Shown here piece by piece: positions 1-16,400 of a stretch of DNA of 64,000 nucleotides (position 1 is its first letter; each line of letters begins with the position of its first letter). The DNA lies in the NCBI RefSeq assembly GCF_009914755.1, contig NC_060933.1. One strand, given 5' to 3'. The notes under the pieces are model-generated. The model made no database searches. It worked only from the letters and a program-made list of their open reading frames with translations, and was not told the DNA's origin. The stretch comes from the human T2T-CHM13v2.0 reference genome, Homo sapiens. Position numbers and translations under genes: made by a program.

Positions 1-589
1 CATGCAAAACATATGGGAAAGGGGCTATCATCTTCACCAAATTTTGGATCTATGACTCCCTCAAAATGTCAGGACCCCTGGTACATAAAGTCCTTTTCAA
101 TTTTAATATTCTTGTACTCTTTGGCATTGGAGCTTTTATTCTGCCTGCTTAAAAGACAGAAGGCTTGGAAGAGATGGAAGACAGATGAAGCTAGGTTCTT
201 CTATCAAAAGGAGGTTTGCGGGGAAGCTGGCCCATGGAAAATGCAGACACAGCCCTTTACCTTCTCTGTATATTGACCGTCCTGCTTTGACAGTGCTTCC
301 TCTAATATTTGACCACCAGCGACTTAGCAATTGTCGATGTAAAAATGATGCCATTTTTGAAGAATATGCCCAAAAGAAGTGTCTGCTACCAGTGCTACTC
401 CCAGGTATTCTTGTGATGTGAACAACAGTCACTAACTTGGGGTCAAATTAAGAAAATTTGCCAGCATATTTTCAATGCCTACCATGCATTGACATGCCCC
501 AAGACCCATTTCATGATTGCCAGAATCAGGCTTCAACCTTGGCTCTAGCCAACTTATTATTTTTTTTAATAGAAAGAATGTTTTTTGGG

Positions 590-888
<299 letters not shown>

Positions 889-3800
889 TTCCAGCCAACT
901 TTAGAGTCTATTTCACCTCTCAGCCAAACAGCCTCCCAGTCAATCGTGTATGTTTTGTATTTTGACCCACACACTGGTTTTCCCTCAAACTTCTATCTTA
1001 ATTAGGAGATACGTTAAACACACATCAGTCTTATTTTAAAAGCCCCTTAAATATTTTATTTTGAAGCATTGATTCTGAAACATAAGATACTTTATAAAAG
1101 GGCTTCAAAAACAGCTTTGTCTTGTGGAAGACAATTAAAAATTTATTGTTCAAATGCTGCCATCTGGTGGCCAAACATGGCAAGCCCCGAAAATAGACCA
1201 TTCACAGAAAAGATACGGAAAACCCCAGTTTCCCTAATCACTTGCTTTGTTAGCAAAGATTTGGAAAATTCTGTGGAAAAATATTAACATGCTTATGTTC
1301 CACTAATTCTAACCTGTAAGATATACTTTTTTCCCATAAACAATGGCAGTAAGATGTTTATCAGAATGTTTCCAAAGTCATATGAAGGAAAAATGAAGAA
1401 GGCAAGAAAAAATGTTTAAATAAAAAAAATTAAAGATCAACACCTGTGAAAAAAAGGGATTAAAAAATAAAAATAACTGTTTCTAAGGGCAAAGATGCAG
1501 ACTCACTGGACAACATGCTTGCCAATCAAATTCAGATGTAACAGAAAAAGTTATCTTTTCTACATCCATTCCAAGTGTATTGACACAGGTGTCATTCACT
1601 CAACGAAATTTTATTGCAAGGCTGTTTTGTTCCATATTCTTTTAATTTCGTTGGGTACATGATGGAGAACCAAAAAAACTACCTTTCCTAGAGAACCTCA
1701 TGAGAAACAGGGACCCCACACCGTAAGATTGTACGTACGGTTGCACCCTATGTGGCCCTCAGTCTCAAGTGAGTGTGAGCTAAAAGCTTCTGCTTGCAGG
1801 GCATGCCTTTTCTCATTCACATAAAGGGGACATAGAGGCTTTGAGCTACTGCGGGGATGTGGGGGATTCAGATACCTATTGGGGCCTCCCTCCCACATCT
1901 TGGGTCTCTTTCCTAATGCCTGGCCAGCTGGAGGGAACACATTTTAGTATTTGACCTATTGACCCTCTTGCTTTGTCATGAACATCTTCCACTTTGTGGG
2001 TTCTCGAAAGCAGTCCTAGTCTCTGAGCAATGTATTTGTAACCTAGAGAATGCCTGTGATTCAGCTGCTCAACTGGCTCTTCAGACATCCCCAGATGCCC
2101 CCTTCTCTGCCCTGGGCCCAGCTTCCTACCTCCAGAATGCAGCTGGGGAAAGAGCCGCAAAGGCTGGTGGTCTGGTGACCCAGGACATGGAGGTGCCTCT
2201 GGACCCTGGCAACTCCAACTAGCATTCTAGGAGGACCTCCCACAGTTTCTGGAGAAGATTCTACAAAAGGTCTTTGGCCAGTAACTAATTCTTCAATGTG
2301 AATAAATGATAGTTTTTTTCCTCCAATAAATGTCAAACAGTACTAGTTGGGGGTGGGGGCAGTGGGTTGTGTCAGCTTTCAACTTGTGGCTGCCAGAACT
2401 ACAATGCTTCTTCTTGGTTGGTAAAATATTTAAAAAAAAAAAAAAAAAAGCCTGGCGCAGTGGCTCACGCCTGTAATCCCAGCACTTTGAGAGGCTGAGG
2501 TGGGAAGATCACTTGAGCTCAGGAGTTTGAGACCAGCTTGGCCAACATGGTGAAACCTCATCTCTATTAAAAATATAAAAATTAGCCAGGCATGGTGGTG
2601 GGCGCCAGTCCTCCACAGTGACCTGAGACCCCTCCTGTATATCCCAGATGCATGGTGATGACCCTTTTCTCTTGAGATTCTTAAACTGGGGTCCACAGAC
2701 CCTATGGAAGCACGTCAGTGGCTCCATAAATTCCCTGATAACATATACAAAATGTGTAAATATTCATTATGCTGAAGAGGTTTCACGGCTTTCATCACAT
2801 TTTTAAAAATTAGTCTATGGTAGAATCTTCAGAGCCCTGCGAAAGTCTCCCTCCAAGTTGGAGTTGTTGGAAGCAGAGGGAAGCATTTAGGCCAACACTG
2901 ACAGATGAGTCCTAACTCTCTGATATCCAGCCATGTCCAGTCTGTGTGACTATCAGATGCCAGGCTCTAGAAAATATCCCTGAATCTAAAGACATCCTTA
3001 ACTACCATCTCAAGTATGATCTAGTCCCTACAAGGACCATTTGTACCTGGGTATCTCAGAGACAGGCCCAGAGAAGGAAAAATACTTATGCTCTGAGCCT
3101 AAGGCTGGCAGCGTTCATTACAGGTCCCAGACCAAGCCACTGGACTGATCTCTGGGCATGAAGAGGGAACGGGAGCAACTGAGGGGAAGTCATCTCCAGA
3201 CATGGCTCCTAAGAGCCTGGGGCCAAAGGAGCTCTGCCAAACTCCTGAAGAAAGGAAGGGCTGATCCCTGTAACGAGGGACTCCCCTTCAGCTAATGCCG
3301 GAGGTCTCCCCAGACTCTGAAATAACCCTGACACAGCAGAGGGAAGGCAGACCTATGACAGGCCCAGGCAGCTAACCAGAAAATGCTATTTGTGTCCTGG
3401 CAGGGAACAGCCAAATCCATAAGCTTCAGAAATGCAAGGTGCTTTGAAGCCAAAGGTTCATTTATATTGTGGTTCTCAAACATCAATAAAATCAAGTTCA
3501 TCCTGAATGGTTTAAAATGAAGATTCTTAGGCCCTCAGGATTGTGATTCAGTAATTATTTGGTAAAGCCCAAGTGCTTACATTTTTTTAAAGGGAAACCA
3601 GTAATTCTGATCTAAGGAGTCCATGGAGTACATATTTAGAAAGTTTCCAGGGGCAGTAAGGCTTCAGATGCAGAGAGAGGCATGGATAAGGTGAATTCCT
3701 CTTTCCCAGCCTCCACTGAGATAAAAGCAGAGGCTTCCAGTTACCATTTATTGAGTCTTTCTCTATGCAAGATACTATGCTAAACCCTTTACATAGATTA

Positions 3801-3953
3801 TTTAATCCTTATAACTCAACTCTGTTATGCTCATTTACATATGTGAATTCCAAAGTTCAGAGAAAATAAGTAACTTGCCCAAGATCCCTCAGCTGTGAGT
3901 AGCAGAGCCAGGACTGGAACCCAGGTCTGAATCCAGAGCCTGTTTTTAACTAA

Positions 3954-4272
<319 letters not shown>

Positions 4273-5193
4273 CAATTTTCAAGAGTTTCTGTGCCTGGTA
4301 CCTGATGACAGCAAATAAAAGGCTATGAAGCCACATGCCCTCTGCAGCTGGGTTGGGGAAGAACCTCCAGGAGCCACAGTGTATGTAGACAACCACCTCA
4401 GGAGACGAAGCAGACAATCAAGCAGGCCCAAAGGTCCAGCATCAAGCCAGATAGAAGAACTATGGATGGATGGACTAATGACCTAAGGATTACAATCCTG
4501 GAGTGCAGAAGGAGCAGAGAAAAGAGATGAAAGATGTTGGGAATGAGAGATGGACAAAAAGGGCTAAAGGAACTGGCTGATCTCAGGGAAATCAATGAAA
4601 TGCCACGGAAAGCTTTTGATCAGCACAGGTCCAAGGCCCCTGGGTTCTATGGCTTCTGCTGTTAGTCTTGCATTTATACTGTTCAATTGATAAGAAAAAT
4701 AATGAGTTGATGCATCAGAATCAATACCAACTTTGGATAGTGCCCAGGAACCATTGTAGAATATTAGATGCTCATCCACTAAAGGGGCATAACAATAGCA
4801 CGTAACCTCATAGAGTTATGTACAGTGAGAATTCAATGAGATCACTTGAGTACAGTGTTTAGCATAATGCAGGACACACAGGAGTCAGACAAATGTGAGC
4901 TGCTATGATCATTAATTATATAATTATTACTATACCTATGTTCACTAAGTAACCACTGTGGCATCTTGTTTGTTTGTGAAAGACATTGAGGTCAAATGTC
5001 TCTATGGACTGTGGCTTTTTCTCTCCAGAAGAAGCTTTTGTTAAGGGTGTTTCCTTTTTTCTCACAACTTGAGTGAAAAGTCACATCCCCAAAGATATCC
5101 ACAATTTCATCAAACCCAACTTTTTAGTTTTCCCTTCACCTTTAGTTCTAATATTATCCCAAAAAACAACTGAATACAACTGTTTTATCCAAA

Positions 5194-5199
5194 TTTATT
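5194..5199 (-). terminator. APTX: Likely APTX poly(A) signal (AATAAA), giving a 3'UTR of about 0.9 kb
   Basis: tttatt on + strand, with GT-rich sequence downstream on the - strand. A second AATAAA lies at 5342-5347. Confidence 0.6.
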
Positions 5200-6062
5200 C
5201 TCAGGGAAAAAGAAAGTAGTGGCTCTACGCAACTTTTTCATTCACCAACCACCTTTCCATGCATCAGAACCTATGCTGTGATTGTTAGCTGAACTTCAAT
5301 AGTTTCCACCTACTTAAGAGAGATGCCTCAAACAAATTAACTTTATTTTCAGACAACAGGTCCAAGAAGACTTCACAGCTCAATCATGACGAACATGTGG
5401 CTGTTTCCTCACAGCCAGGAACCCTCGGTATTAGAAGAAAACTCCAACCCCCCACACCATCATCTAGCCTCTTTTCTCACTGTGAAGAACTGATGAGACA
5501 GAATTCCTGAGAAGGGAACATTTAGGTAATCTGGGATAGAAGGGCATGGAAGGACTGGACAAACTAAGCCTCCCCATGAAGGAAGGGAAAAGAATATTAC
5601 AAAACAGACTAACAGAAAACAAGACCCATCAGTATCTTCAGGATAAACAAGAGGCCACTCTAGATGCTCTGATTAAAGGTTGTCCATGCCTACAGAGGCG
5701 GAGGATAAATCTAAGAAACAGAAATGTATAACCAGCCCAATGCTTCCATACTCTGCATTAGGTCAGTGTGAACATGGCTTTGCTCCCAATGGTCAGACCT
5801 GACATGGGTCCTTCTGAAGATGGTGGGTCAGGTATATCCCAGCCACCCTCACCAGAGAATACATCTATGACAAACCCAAATTCCTAATCCTGAAGTACTT
5901 TGAGCCACTCTACATTGTGGCCACTCAATAATAGAATAAATTTGTGAAAAAGCTGCATGTTTTAATTTAGGAAATGAGTAGAAGTTCACAAGCAACCCAG
6001 AATAGGTGCCAGCAGTTTGCTCCAGTGGGCCACACCACAGCAGCAGCTCAGGCTCTGCAGAA

Positions 6063-6248
<186 letters not shown>

Positions 6249-6548
6249 CTACTCTGGAAAACCAATATGAGATACCAAAAAAAAAAAAAAAAATCAAAAA
6301 CGTGACTCCAATCAGTATGCCAGGCCAGGTATTCTACAGCTCCGTAAGCTTAGTTTAGACTTCCCTCAGGCAAAATGAGCTTAATCAGATTATAAATATG
6401 AGCAACCCACCTTTGAAATAATACACTCCTTCAGGACACACTCTAGGCAATCCATGTTACTCTGTCAAGAGCTCATCAGAGTGCTTTACCTCTGGTTGGC
6501 CCTTGGTAAATGCCAGCTGCCATTGTGAACACCCCATCAATGCTTAAG

Positions 6549-6587
6549 TTCTTACACACCAGGAAATGCTTTCCTGGTGTGTAAGAA
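6549..6587. repeat. Perfect 18-bp inverted repeat with a 3-nt loop
   Basis: TTCTTACACACCAGGAAA-TGC-TTTCCTGGTGTGTAAGAA. Confidence 0.95.
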
Positions 6588-6947
6588 AGCATCACACACC
6601 AGAAAATGCTTTCTTCTACATATACACAGGGTTCCCCCTGCTAATTCACCACTCCTGACAGGAGGCAGCCCCAAAGCTCCCACCCAACTGATGGCAGAAG
6701 AGACAAAGAATTGTCCACAGCTTTCTTATCCATGAACTCCACTAATTCTCACGGCAGCCTTTAAGTCCCCTTTTGTCACAATAAAACACTGACCCTGACA
6801 TAATAGCTTTCTAGGTCCCCCAAGAAGACAACTCACAGCAAAGTGGCAATAATACTACAATCCAAATAATCCAGTTTCTTTTCACAGGGCTCGCTTTATA
6901 GGGAACACAAAGTTGTACATAGGTTTTTGAGGTCAGATTGTTATTCA

Positions 6948-7169
<222 letters not shown>

Positions 7170-7985
7170 CTATGGCTTAATCAAAATGACAAAGAGTATG
7201 AGTACATTGTATATTCATACTATTGAATACTCTTTGAATATTCATACTATTGAAGTGATAGTGTGTCCATTTAATTCAATTGATTCATTCATTTACTTAA
7301 GAATATTTAATGCTCAATAAGTATGTACTATGGCCAAACACTGTTCCAGGCACTGAGACTTTAGCAAGAAACAAAATGGGAAAAGCCTCTGCCCTTATAG
7401 AAATTGTACGCTAATGAGGAAAGACAAATAATAAATAAGCAAACAAATAAATAAACAAAAAAAAACTTAAAGAATTAACATTGCCAAGAAAAAATAAACA
7501 AGGAAAATGGGATAGAGTGCCCAGGGGTAGAAGCTGCCCTCTTTAGTTAACAGTGTTCAGGGAAAGCATCTCCCGGGAAGTGATTTGAACGGAGACAGCA
7601 CCCAAGCAAGCTAGGTCTGTGGGAAGAGTGTCTCAGAAAGTGAGGAGGCCAAGAGCAGGGGCCCTGAGATGAGGAAAAGCTCAGTGCAACCAAGAAAGAG
7701 AAAGAAGGTAATATGGCCCAAATGTATGGCCTGAATTGTTGGAGCCAAGCAGCAGAAACGAGGCAGGAGCCAGGTCGTAAAGCCTCTTAAAGGTGACAAA
7801 GGGTTTGCATTCTATTCTGAATCTACTGGGAAGCCATTGAAGGATTTTCAGCCGAAGAGTGCTACTATCTGATTTATACTCTTTTTTTTTGTTAACAATA
7901 AAAATTGAATTATAAAATGGACCACAATTTAAAAGTGGGCCTATTTTAATTTTATTATTCTTAAATTCATTCTTTTGAAAATGCA

Positions 7986-8290
<305 letters not shown>

Positions 8291-8679
8291 ATGCACTTTA
8301 TTTTTGAAATGATAAAAGATTTAACTATGAGCTGACAAAGTAGAGGTCGGCTGACATTAGTGGGTCAACTCTTCATGTAGATATTTAAATGCTGTTTTTT
8401 CTGTATTACATCAAAATGATTTGCAATAGGAAATTGGAAAAGGGGAGCAAAGCAGAGTGCAAAGCATATACTGAGGTCTTTCCATGGGTATCTGATAGAA
8501 TGCAGATTCAGCACAATAAAATGTAGACTGCAGCAGTGGCCTGTAAGTGTACTCCAAGCGTACCGTAAGAACCTATGTAAAAACCATTTTTTTCTTATTC
8601 CTAACAGAAAAACAAATTTTGTTTTGTTTAAACAATAAAATGTAATGGAAAGATCTGTACTGTAAAACTACTTGCTATA

Positions 8680-8953
8680 AACTATCACAAGGACAGAAAA
8701 CCAAACACTGCATGTTCTCACTCATAGGTGGGAACTAAACAATGAGATCACTTGGACACAGGGCAGGGAACATCACATACCGGGGCCTGTCAGGGGGGTG
8801 GGGGGCTCGGGGAGGGACAACATTAAGAGAAATACCTAATGTAAATGATGAGTTGATGGGCGCAGCAAACCAACATGGCACATGTATACCTATGTATCAA
8901 ACCTGCCTGTTGTGCACATGGACCCTAGAACTTGAGTATAATAAAAAAAAATA
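8680..8953 (+). mobile_element. L1PA (about PA5/6) 3' fragment
   Basis: L1 3'UTR with G-rich tract and A tail. TSD AAAACTACTTGCT at 8664 and 8954. Confidence 0.9.
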
Positions 8954-9769
8954 AAAACTACTTGCTGTAGCCCATGTGTTCAGTTTGTTCAACAACCTCA
9001 CTCACACATGATGAATTACATGAATAGAAAGTCACCAAATAAGACTCAAGACAAAAAAATTATCTATCAACCTCCATATGAAAAGACCACAGCTTTAATG
9101 ATTTATACAATCCTTAAGCTTAATATCTGGTCAGTATAGGTTTCCAAATCAAAATCAAGTCATAAGCTGTTACAATAACTGCATTATACTAACATTTTCT
9201 TTCCAGTATTTCTTCCTATGAGGGAAAAAAATCATCAGAAGCTTTCACTCTTGAAAAGCGTCCTAAACTAAAACAGTGTTCTTCTCCAAAACGAAAATAC
9301 TCTACAAACAGTAAATAAAAGCTAAGCTAATTTCAACAGTCATATTTCCAAAAGTAAAATCTATTAAGTACAATACACCTGCACAAGAAATTACAAGAAA
9401 TGATTACAGTTACAGATGCAAAATAACATCTAATTATCCCAGGCTTGTGAACATAATAATTAAAATCAAATTCATATGCTAGTCCAAATATTATGTACAA
9501 TTTAGATAAGCTGGTCAAGTATTATTTGAATATACACCATATTTGTTAAACCTAAAATTATATTACCTTTTCTTGTCCTTTAATATTTGTAGATACACGC
9601 CAATATGAAAAAAAATGTAATTTCCATTTATGTATTAACAGAGAATTTCTACTGCACATGTTTTAAACCGTTAAAAAATAAAAAAGTCAAGGTACATTTT
9701 CACTTAAGAGATAAAAATAAATTACCAGAATTTTAATTGATAAAAGTTTCATATCAATTTATAAAAATG

Positions 9770-10488
<719 letters not shown>

Positions 10489-10600
10489 TCAAAAACAAGG
10501 ACTAACCCAAGTGTGTTGCTTTAAAAATCTAATTTGTAGGAAAACTAGTTGCTTGGCCAGTTTTAAATCTAATTACAAAATCCATCCTTTTTTGTTTTTT

Positions 10601-11142
10601 GAAAAGCATAACAAATTTATTTAATCCAAGTTTTATGTGACACAGGAGCCTTCCAAATGAAGATGCAAAGATACGGGGAAAACTATCCATTTTTACACTT
10701 GGGTTTGTTGAAGAATGGAAAGCCATGTAGAACCACTACTGCTTCAAAAGGGTATACGACTTAATGAGAATAGACTGAGTGGGGAAACTCAGCAAGGCCT
10801 GTCTGTCCAGATTCTTCTTAACCTCTTTGTGCAGCATTCCTTCTTCCCAGGTATGGGAATGGCAGTCTTATGACCTACCATCAAACAAGGTAGATCAGGG
10901 AATTTCTTTATAGCCAGGTCTACATAGAAAAGAAGGTTAGAGTAATATTTTGGGGTTTTTGGTTGGCTTTGAGGAAGAAGGTTCTAGTTTCTATAACCTG
11001 CCTTGAGAAAGAGGAATTATAGTTTCTATGGCTTGCTTAGGGGGAGAATGAGGGGCAAGAGACGGGAGCAGGAGAAGGTCAAGGAGAAATTTTGCTTCTG
11101 AGGCCTTTATTTGGGGTTATCATTTTCTAAGCCCCAGCAACA
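10601..11142 (-). mobile_element. ERV1-type LTR (MER39/MER34-like), cut just after its poly(A) signal
   Basis: Starts tgttgctggggcttagaaaatgataaccccaaa on the - strand. Ends aataaatttgttatgcttttc followed by an A-run. Family name from recall. Confidence 0.7.
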
Positions 11143-11606
11143 CTATCTGTGAAATGGAAGTGAAGATACCTACTTTACAGGGTTGCTAAGATGATGAAAT
11201 GAAAGAAATAAAGCTCAAGTGCAATTTCTGATAAATAATAGACAGCAGATTTTAAATGAGGTATCACCTGTCCCATAAACATTTATGGTATGTATCCTCC
11301 CACCTTCAATATCCATGGTGGGGGACAGGAGAGCAGGACAGGAAAAGGCTACAATTCTCCCTTAACTACAAGCCAGATGAGCACTGTTTCTGCTGACTCC
11401 ACTTCCATGACCCACTTTCTTACAACAGTGGTTCGCAAACCCTAAAGCTCTATTGTTGATATTCACTTTTTGATCCATTTACTATGATTGGGCTTCTGTC
11501 CCATCACACTACTAAAAGCATATTTTTTTGGATATAACTTATGTTTTGCTAACTACCAAGTTGGTTCTCCTTTTTTTCTATCATTAATATATTTAATATA
11601 GGTAAC

Positions 11607-12069
11607 TTTTTAAAACTTTTAGGTTCAGGGATCCATGTGCAGGTTTGCTATATAGGTAAATTGTATGTCACAGGAGTTTGCTATACAGATTGTTTCGCCA
11701 CCCAGGTAATAAGCATAGTACCCCATAGGCAGTTTTTCAATCCTCCCCCACCTCCCTCCCGCCACTGTCAAATAGGCCCTAGTGTCTGTCATTCCCTGCT
11801 TTGTGTCCATGTGTGCTCCGTATTTAGCTCCCATTTATAAGTGAGAACATGTGGTATTTGGTTTTCTGCTCCTGTGTTAGTTCACTTAGGATAACGGCCT
11901 ACAGCTCCATCCATGTTGCTGCAGAGGACATGTTCTCGTTCTTTTCTATGGCTGTGTAGTATTCCATGGTGTATATGTACCACATTTTCTTCATCCAGTC
12001 TACTACTGACGGGCATCAATCATGGTTGATCCCATGTCTTTGCTACTGTGAATAGTGCTGCAATGAACA
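11607..12069 (-). mobile_element. 5'-truncated L1 3' end (old L1PA, L1PA15/16-like), followed by about 1 kb of transduced DNA
   Basis: Typical L1 3'UTR (aggttcagggatccatgtgcagg...gtgctgcaatgaacat). TSD core TACAAAATC at 10574 and 12070. Confidence 0.85.
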
Positions 12070-13499
12070 TACAAAATCTAATTTCTTAATAGTCCAGATA
12101 TTTTGGTAGTTATTCCAACTCAACAGAACTTCCACTGACGTCCACATTCATTACAGACAACGAATGTTATCAGTCCATCAGCACTACATTTGCACATGTG
12201 AACAAGCCACTCTGGGTTCCACCTGCCTTGGCCACCTAATGCTCTCTGATGACTTCTTTGGTCAAGTTTTTCCATATCTCTCTGAGCCCATCACTAGCCA
12301 TTTCCTCTGCCATCATTCTAGCAAATAAGACAGGAGGAATATTCTCACATGGTACATTTTCCCTTAAATTTGGATTCTTTGCTCTTTAAGATTTGATATC
12401 CTACTTCATACTCTACTTTTGCATTTCGTACCTATATTCCTTAATTTCTTGATATACAGCCTCCTCAATTTGAGATCCTAATTCTTCCTCACCAGCTCCA
12501 ATAGCAGTGTAGCCATCTCCTGTTTGGAGAGCTGCAGCAAGCACCTCGCAACACTTTAACCAAAGAGAGTCAGAAGTGCTTCGTTCCTGAATAAAAGATG
12601 AAACACGAGTATCTAGAGCATTTGTCTCACCCTCTCTGCTGCTTGCACTGCCACCGGAGCTACTTTCTTCTCTCGCTTCAGAGTTATTCTGCAATGTAAC
12701 TGCAGGTTCTTTTTTCTTTTCTTCAGGGTCTTTCTCGGTTGATAGTAACTTTTTCCCAGATTTCATGACAGACTGTTAAAGATGTAACTTCTTCATCTTT
12801 ATGCTGCTTGCCATTAGCATTAACTGATATTCTGATTCTTCTGGGGGCTGTAATAATTCCATGGTCATGGGAATATTTTTAAGCTCCTTTGGCAAATCCA
12901 ATGCTCCAGCTGTATTCTTCTGCACCATCTTGTCCATCTACTTGGCAATGGGAACCACCTTGTCCAATGTGGCTCTGGCAGGTCTTCCCCACACCCAGCC
13001 AGCTGGAGGTGAGAAGTGTGTAAAACTGAGGTGGAAAGGATGGCAAGAAACAAGCCTCAGTGGTCCTGACAGGCTGAGCCAGGCTCTTCCTCACAAACCA
13101 AGCCCACAGGGGCAACCTGATTTACATGTTTAAAAGATCACTCTGACTGTTGTGTGAAGAAAGGACGGATAGGGAGGAACATGGAGAAACCAGTTAAGGA
13201 GGCTGCTACAGCAGTCTAGGCCAGAAAATCACAGCCTACACTAGAGCTGAGCTGTAGCAGCTGAGATGTCAACAAGCAATCCTACTTTGAATGCATTTTG
13301 GAATAGAACAAACAGAACTTATTAATGGGCTGCATGTTGCTTTGGGAGAGTGTTACTTACTGAGATAAAGAAGGTTAGGTGAAAAAGCAGGTTTGGGGAA
13401 GAAAATCAGGAATTCTCTTTTGGACTTGTTAAACCAAGTAGAATGCCTTTTTGTATAACAGCTTTCACTCTTATAATCAGTAATATTTCACGTTCTCCC

Positions 13500-16400
13500 A
13501 ATAAATAATCAAAATCAATCAACATGTGTGCAGAATCCAAAATGAAATATAAGCACTAATAAATAAGCATAGCTGTATTACAAATGAATGAGGAAACCAC
13601 ACTAAATGGATTGAGGAAGAAAATATATTAACTATACTATAGTAACCTAGCTTTGGAGAACAGTGTTTTGACTAGATACGATAAGGCTAAAAACAAAAAG
13701 AACTATAGGCAAGTACTGTACTCTAGTTAGTAAATGTCCTTCTCACAGGGGTATGGGTTAGGAATCCTGTAACTATTTTATGGGTACACTAGGACTGAAC
13801 AAGTAAATGAATTTATTGTAACTAATGAGAGCCAGGTTTCTCACTGTTGGAGAAAGTAGTTACAAAAAAGGAAAAGGGAAACAAGAATGAAACTTAGAGT
13901 TGGAATGGTGTCAGAGATATCAGTATGAACTCATGGTTTTTCACATACAAATAAAGGTAGATAAACACAGAATTATAGGGGTGTGTATGTGTGTGTGTGT
14001 GTATGGCTTAGGATTCATACATGCATTTCTGGCTCTATGGCTGAGAGGACCTAGAAAGCAAGGACACCCTGGAATCAACCACTTCTCTCACAGAAACCTA
14101 GTGCCCAAGAAGACCTAGGGCTCTTTGGAGAAGTGGTTCATTCCAGATAAGCCTGGAACATCTTGTGGGGCCAGAAAATAAATTGCCCAAAAGATGTTGA
14201 AGGCGTATCTAAGTGACACAAGAGCTGACCTAAAGGAGCTTTCAATAACCAAAGCTGAACAATTTGAGCAACAAAATAATTATAGTATTGAATTATAACC
14301 TATAGAATAAACATCCATGAGTCCATACCATTAAATGATTGAATAAAGAACTAATGAGAAAGACAGAACAGCGCTTTCACACAGAATAATTTCAACTAAT
14401 AAGTTAGGTGAAGGAAGTATAAAGTCACCATAGAGTAAATACCAATACAATAACTATTACAGGCAAGATGCACCAATAGATGCTAAAATCATTGGGTGCG
14501 AGTTTGAGGAGAAATAGTAGTATAGTCTCAAAATATCTAACCCAAAATATTCATGAATTAAAAAAAAAAAAACAGTAATTTTGAAGGTGAAAACCTGGCA
14601 GACACCACCTTAACAAAATGATCAAGGTTAACATCATCAGTAATAAACCATCTCAACATCATGCCCCCCCATATGACATATTGAGAAGGACACAATCAGA
14701 AATATCACTTCAGTGATTAAAAAAATGCATAACGTCAACCTAATCATGAAAAACAAAATTAGACAAACCCAAATTAAAAGACGTCCTAAAGACAATTAGC
14801 CAGTATTCATCAAAAGTGTCAAGGTCATGAAAGCCAGGAAAGTAGGAACTGTCACAGATTGAGGGAGACTAAGAAGAGAGAACAAATAAATGAAATGTGA
14901 GATTGGATTCTGGAGTAGAAAAAGAACAATACAGGAAAAATGGGTGAAATTCAAATAAGGTCTACAGTTTAGTAAGTTATCTAAAATAAGGTCTATAGTT
15001 TAGTTATCTACAGTCAGTATTATGAAAGGTCTTTGTTCTTTTTCATACTTAATTTTTTATATTTTCTTAATTGAAAACATTACTTTTACAATAGGAAAAA
15101 TAATTTTACTTGTTTATCACCTTTTCCTTTCTAATATGTTCATTTATTCAAAACTACATCATACAGAGTAATATAAAAGGGTATATAAATAGCAACTTTG
15201 CTTATTGGCTCATTTTGCCTCCCATATATACCTACCACAGCTCTTGCTGTGAGTATTCTCCTTAGCACGACAACATTCACTGTAGGAAAAAGGTATGGGC
15301 ATCACGATCACTACGTGAAAAGGGCTCAGTGGCCAAGGGCTCTGTTAGTCAGGGGCTCTGCATTAGGGAAACAGGATTATGGGTGACTTTCCCTCCTAAA
15401 TTTTCAAATCAGCCTTTAACAATAAAAATATATTTATATTTTTAAAGTGAGGTACAACATACATCCACCCTATGACCTAACAATTCCATCTCCAAATATT
15501 TATTCTTTTTTTTTCTTCTTCTTTTTTGAGACAGAGTCTCACTCTGTTGCCCAGGCTGGAGTACAATGGCGTGATCATAGCTTACTGTAGCCTCAACCTC
15601 CTGGGCTCAAGTGATCCTTCCAACTCAACCTCCCAAGTAGCAGGTGTGCACCACCACCCTTGGCTAATTTTTTGTATTTTTTGTAGAGACAGGTTTTGCC
15701 ATGTTGCCCAGACTGGGATCCCTAAATATTTACTCAAGGGGAAAAAAATAAATAAAGTACATATGTCTATGATATACACAATAACACACATGAATCTCAA
15801 AATTATGCTGACCCAAAAAAGCCAGACCAAAAAAGAGTATGCAATGTATGATTCCATTTATACATGGTAGCTCTAGAAGAGACAAAAACTATCTATGCTG
15901 AAGGAAATAAAAGCAATGCTTGAGGGAGGATTAACTGCAAAGGGGCACAAGGGAACTTTCTGGGATGAAAGGATAGACATCTTCTGTATCTTAATCAGAA
16001 TGATAGTGAAAAGATTATACACGCTTATGAAAACTGATCAAACTATGCATCTTATTATGCACTTTATTGTATGTAAGTTATGCCTCAACTTAAAAGAATC
16101 AGTACTGACTAGGGAAAAATCTGGCACAAAGATTTCATTTGGTTCAAGTGGCCAGTAACCTAAGTCATAATTATTCACCTAAATAAAATGTGAGTGTTGG
16201 TAGTTAAAAAAAAATAAGCAGAGAAAATCCTGTCACATGCTACAACATGGATAAGACTTGAAGACATTATGTAAAGTAAAATAAGTAAGTAAATAAGTAA
16301 AATAAGCCAGTCACAAAAGGACAAATATGTCCTTGTATGATTCCTCTAATATGAGGTACCTAGAGTAGTCAAATTCACAGGGAAGGAAAGTACAATGGTG

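Noticed and set aside
7211-7254. Short direct repeats (also about 14953-15010, 30106-30146 and 39037-39089)
   Set aside because: Ordinary local tandem duplications with no further structure.
12413-12766. 117-aa TFIIS-like ORF as a functional gene
   Set aside because: Internal fragment of a retrocopy with lost start, upstream stop, frameshifts, broken zinc ribbon and mutated catalytic DE.
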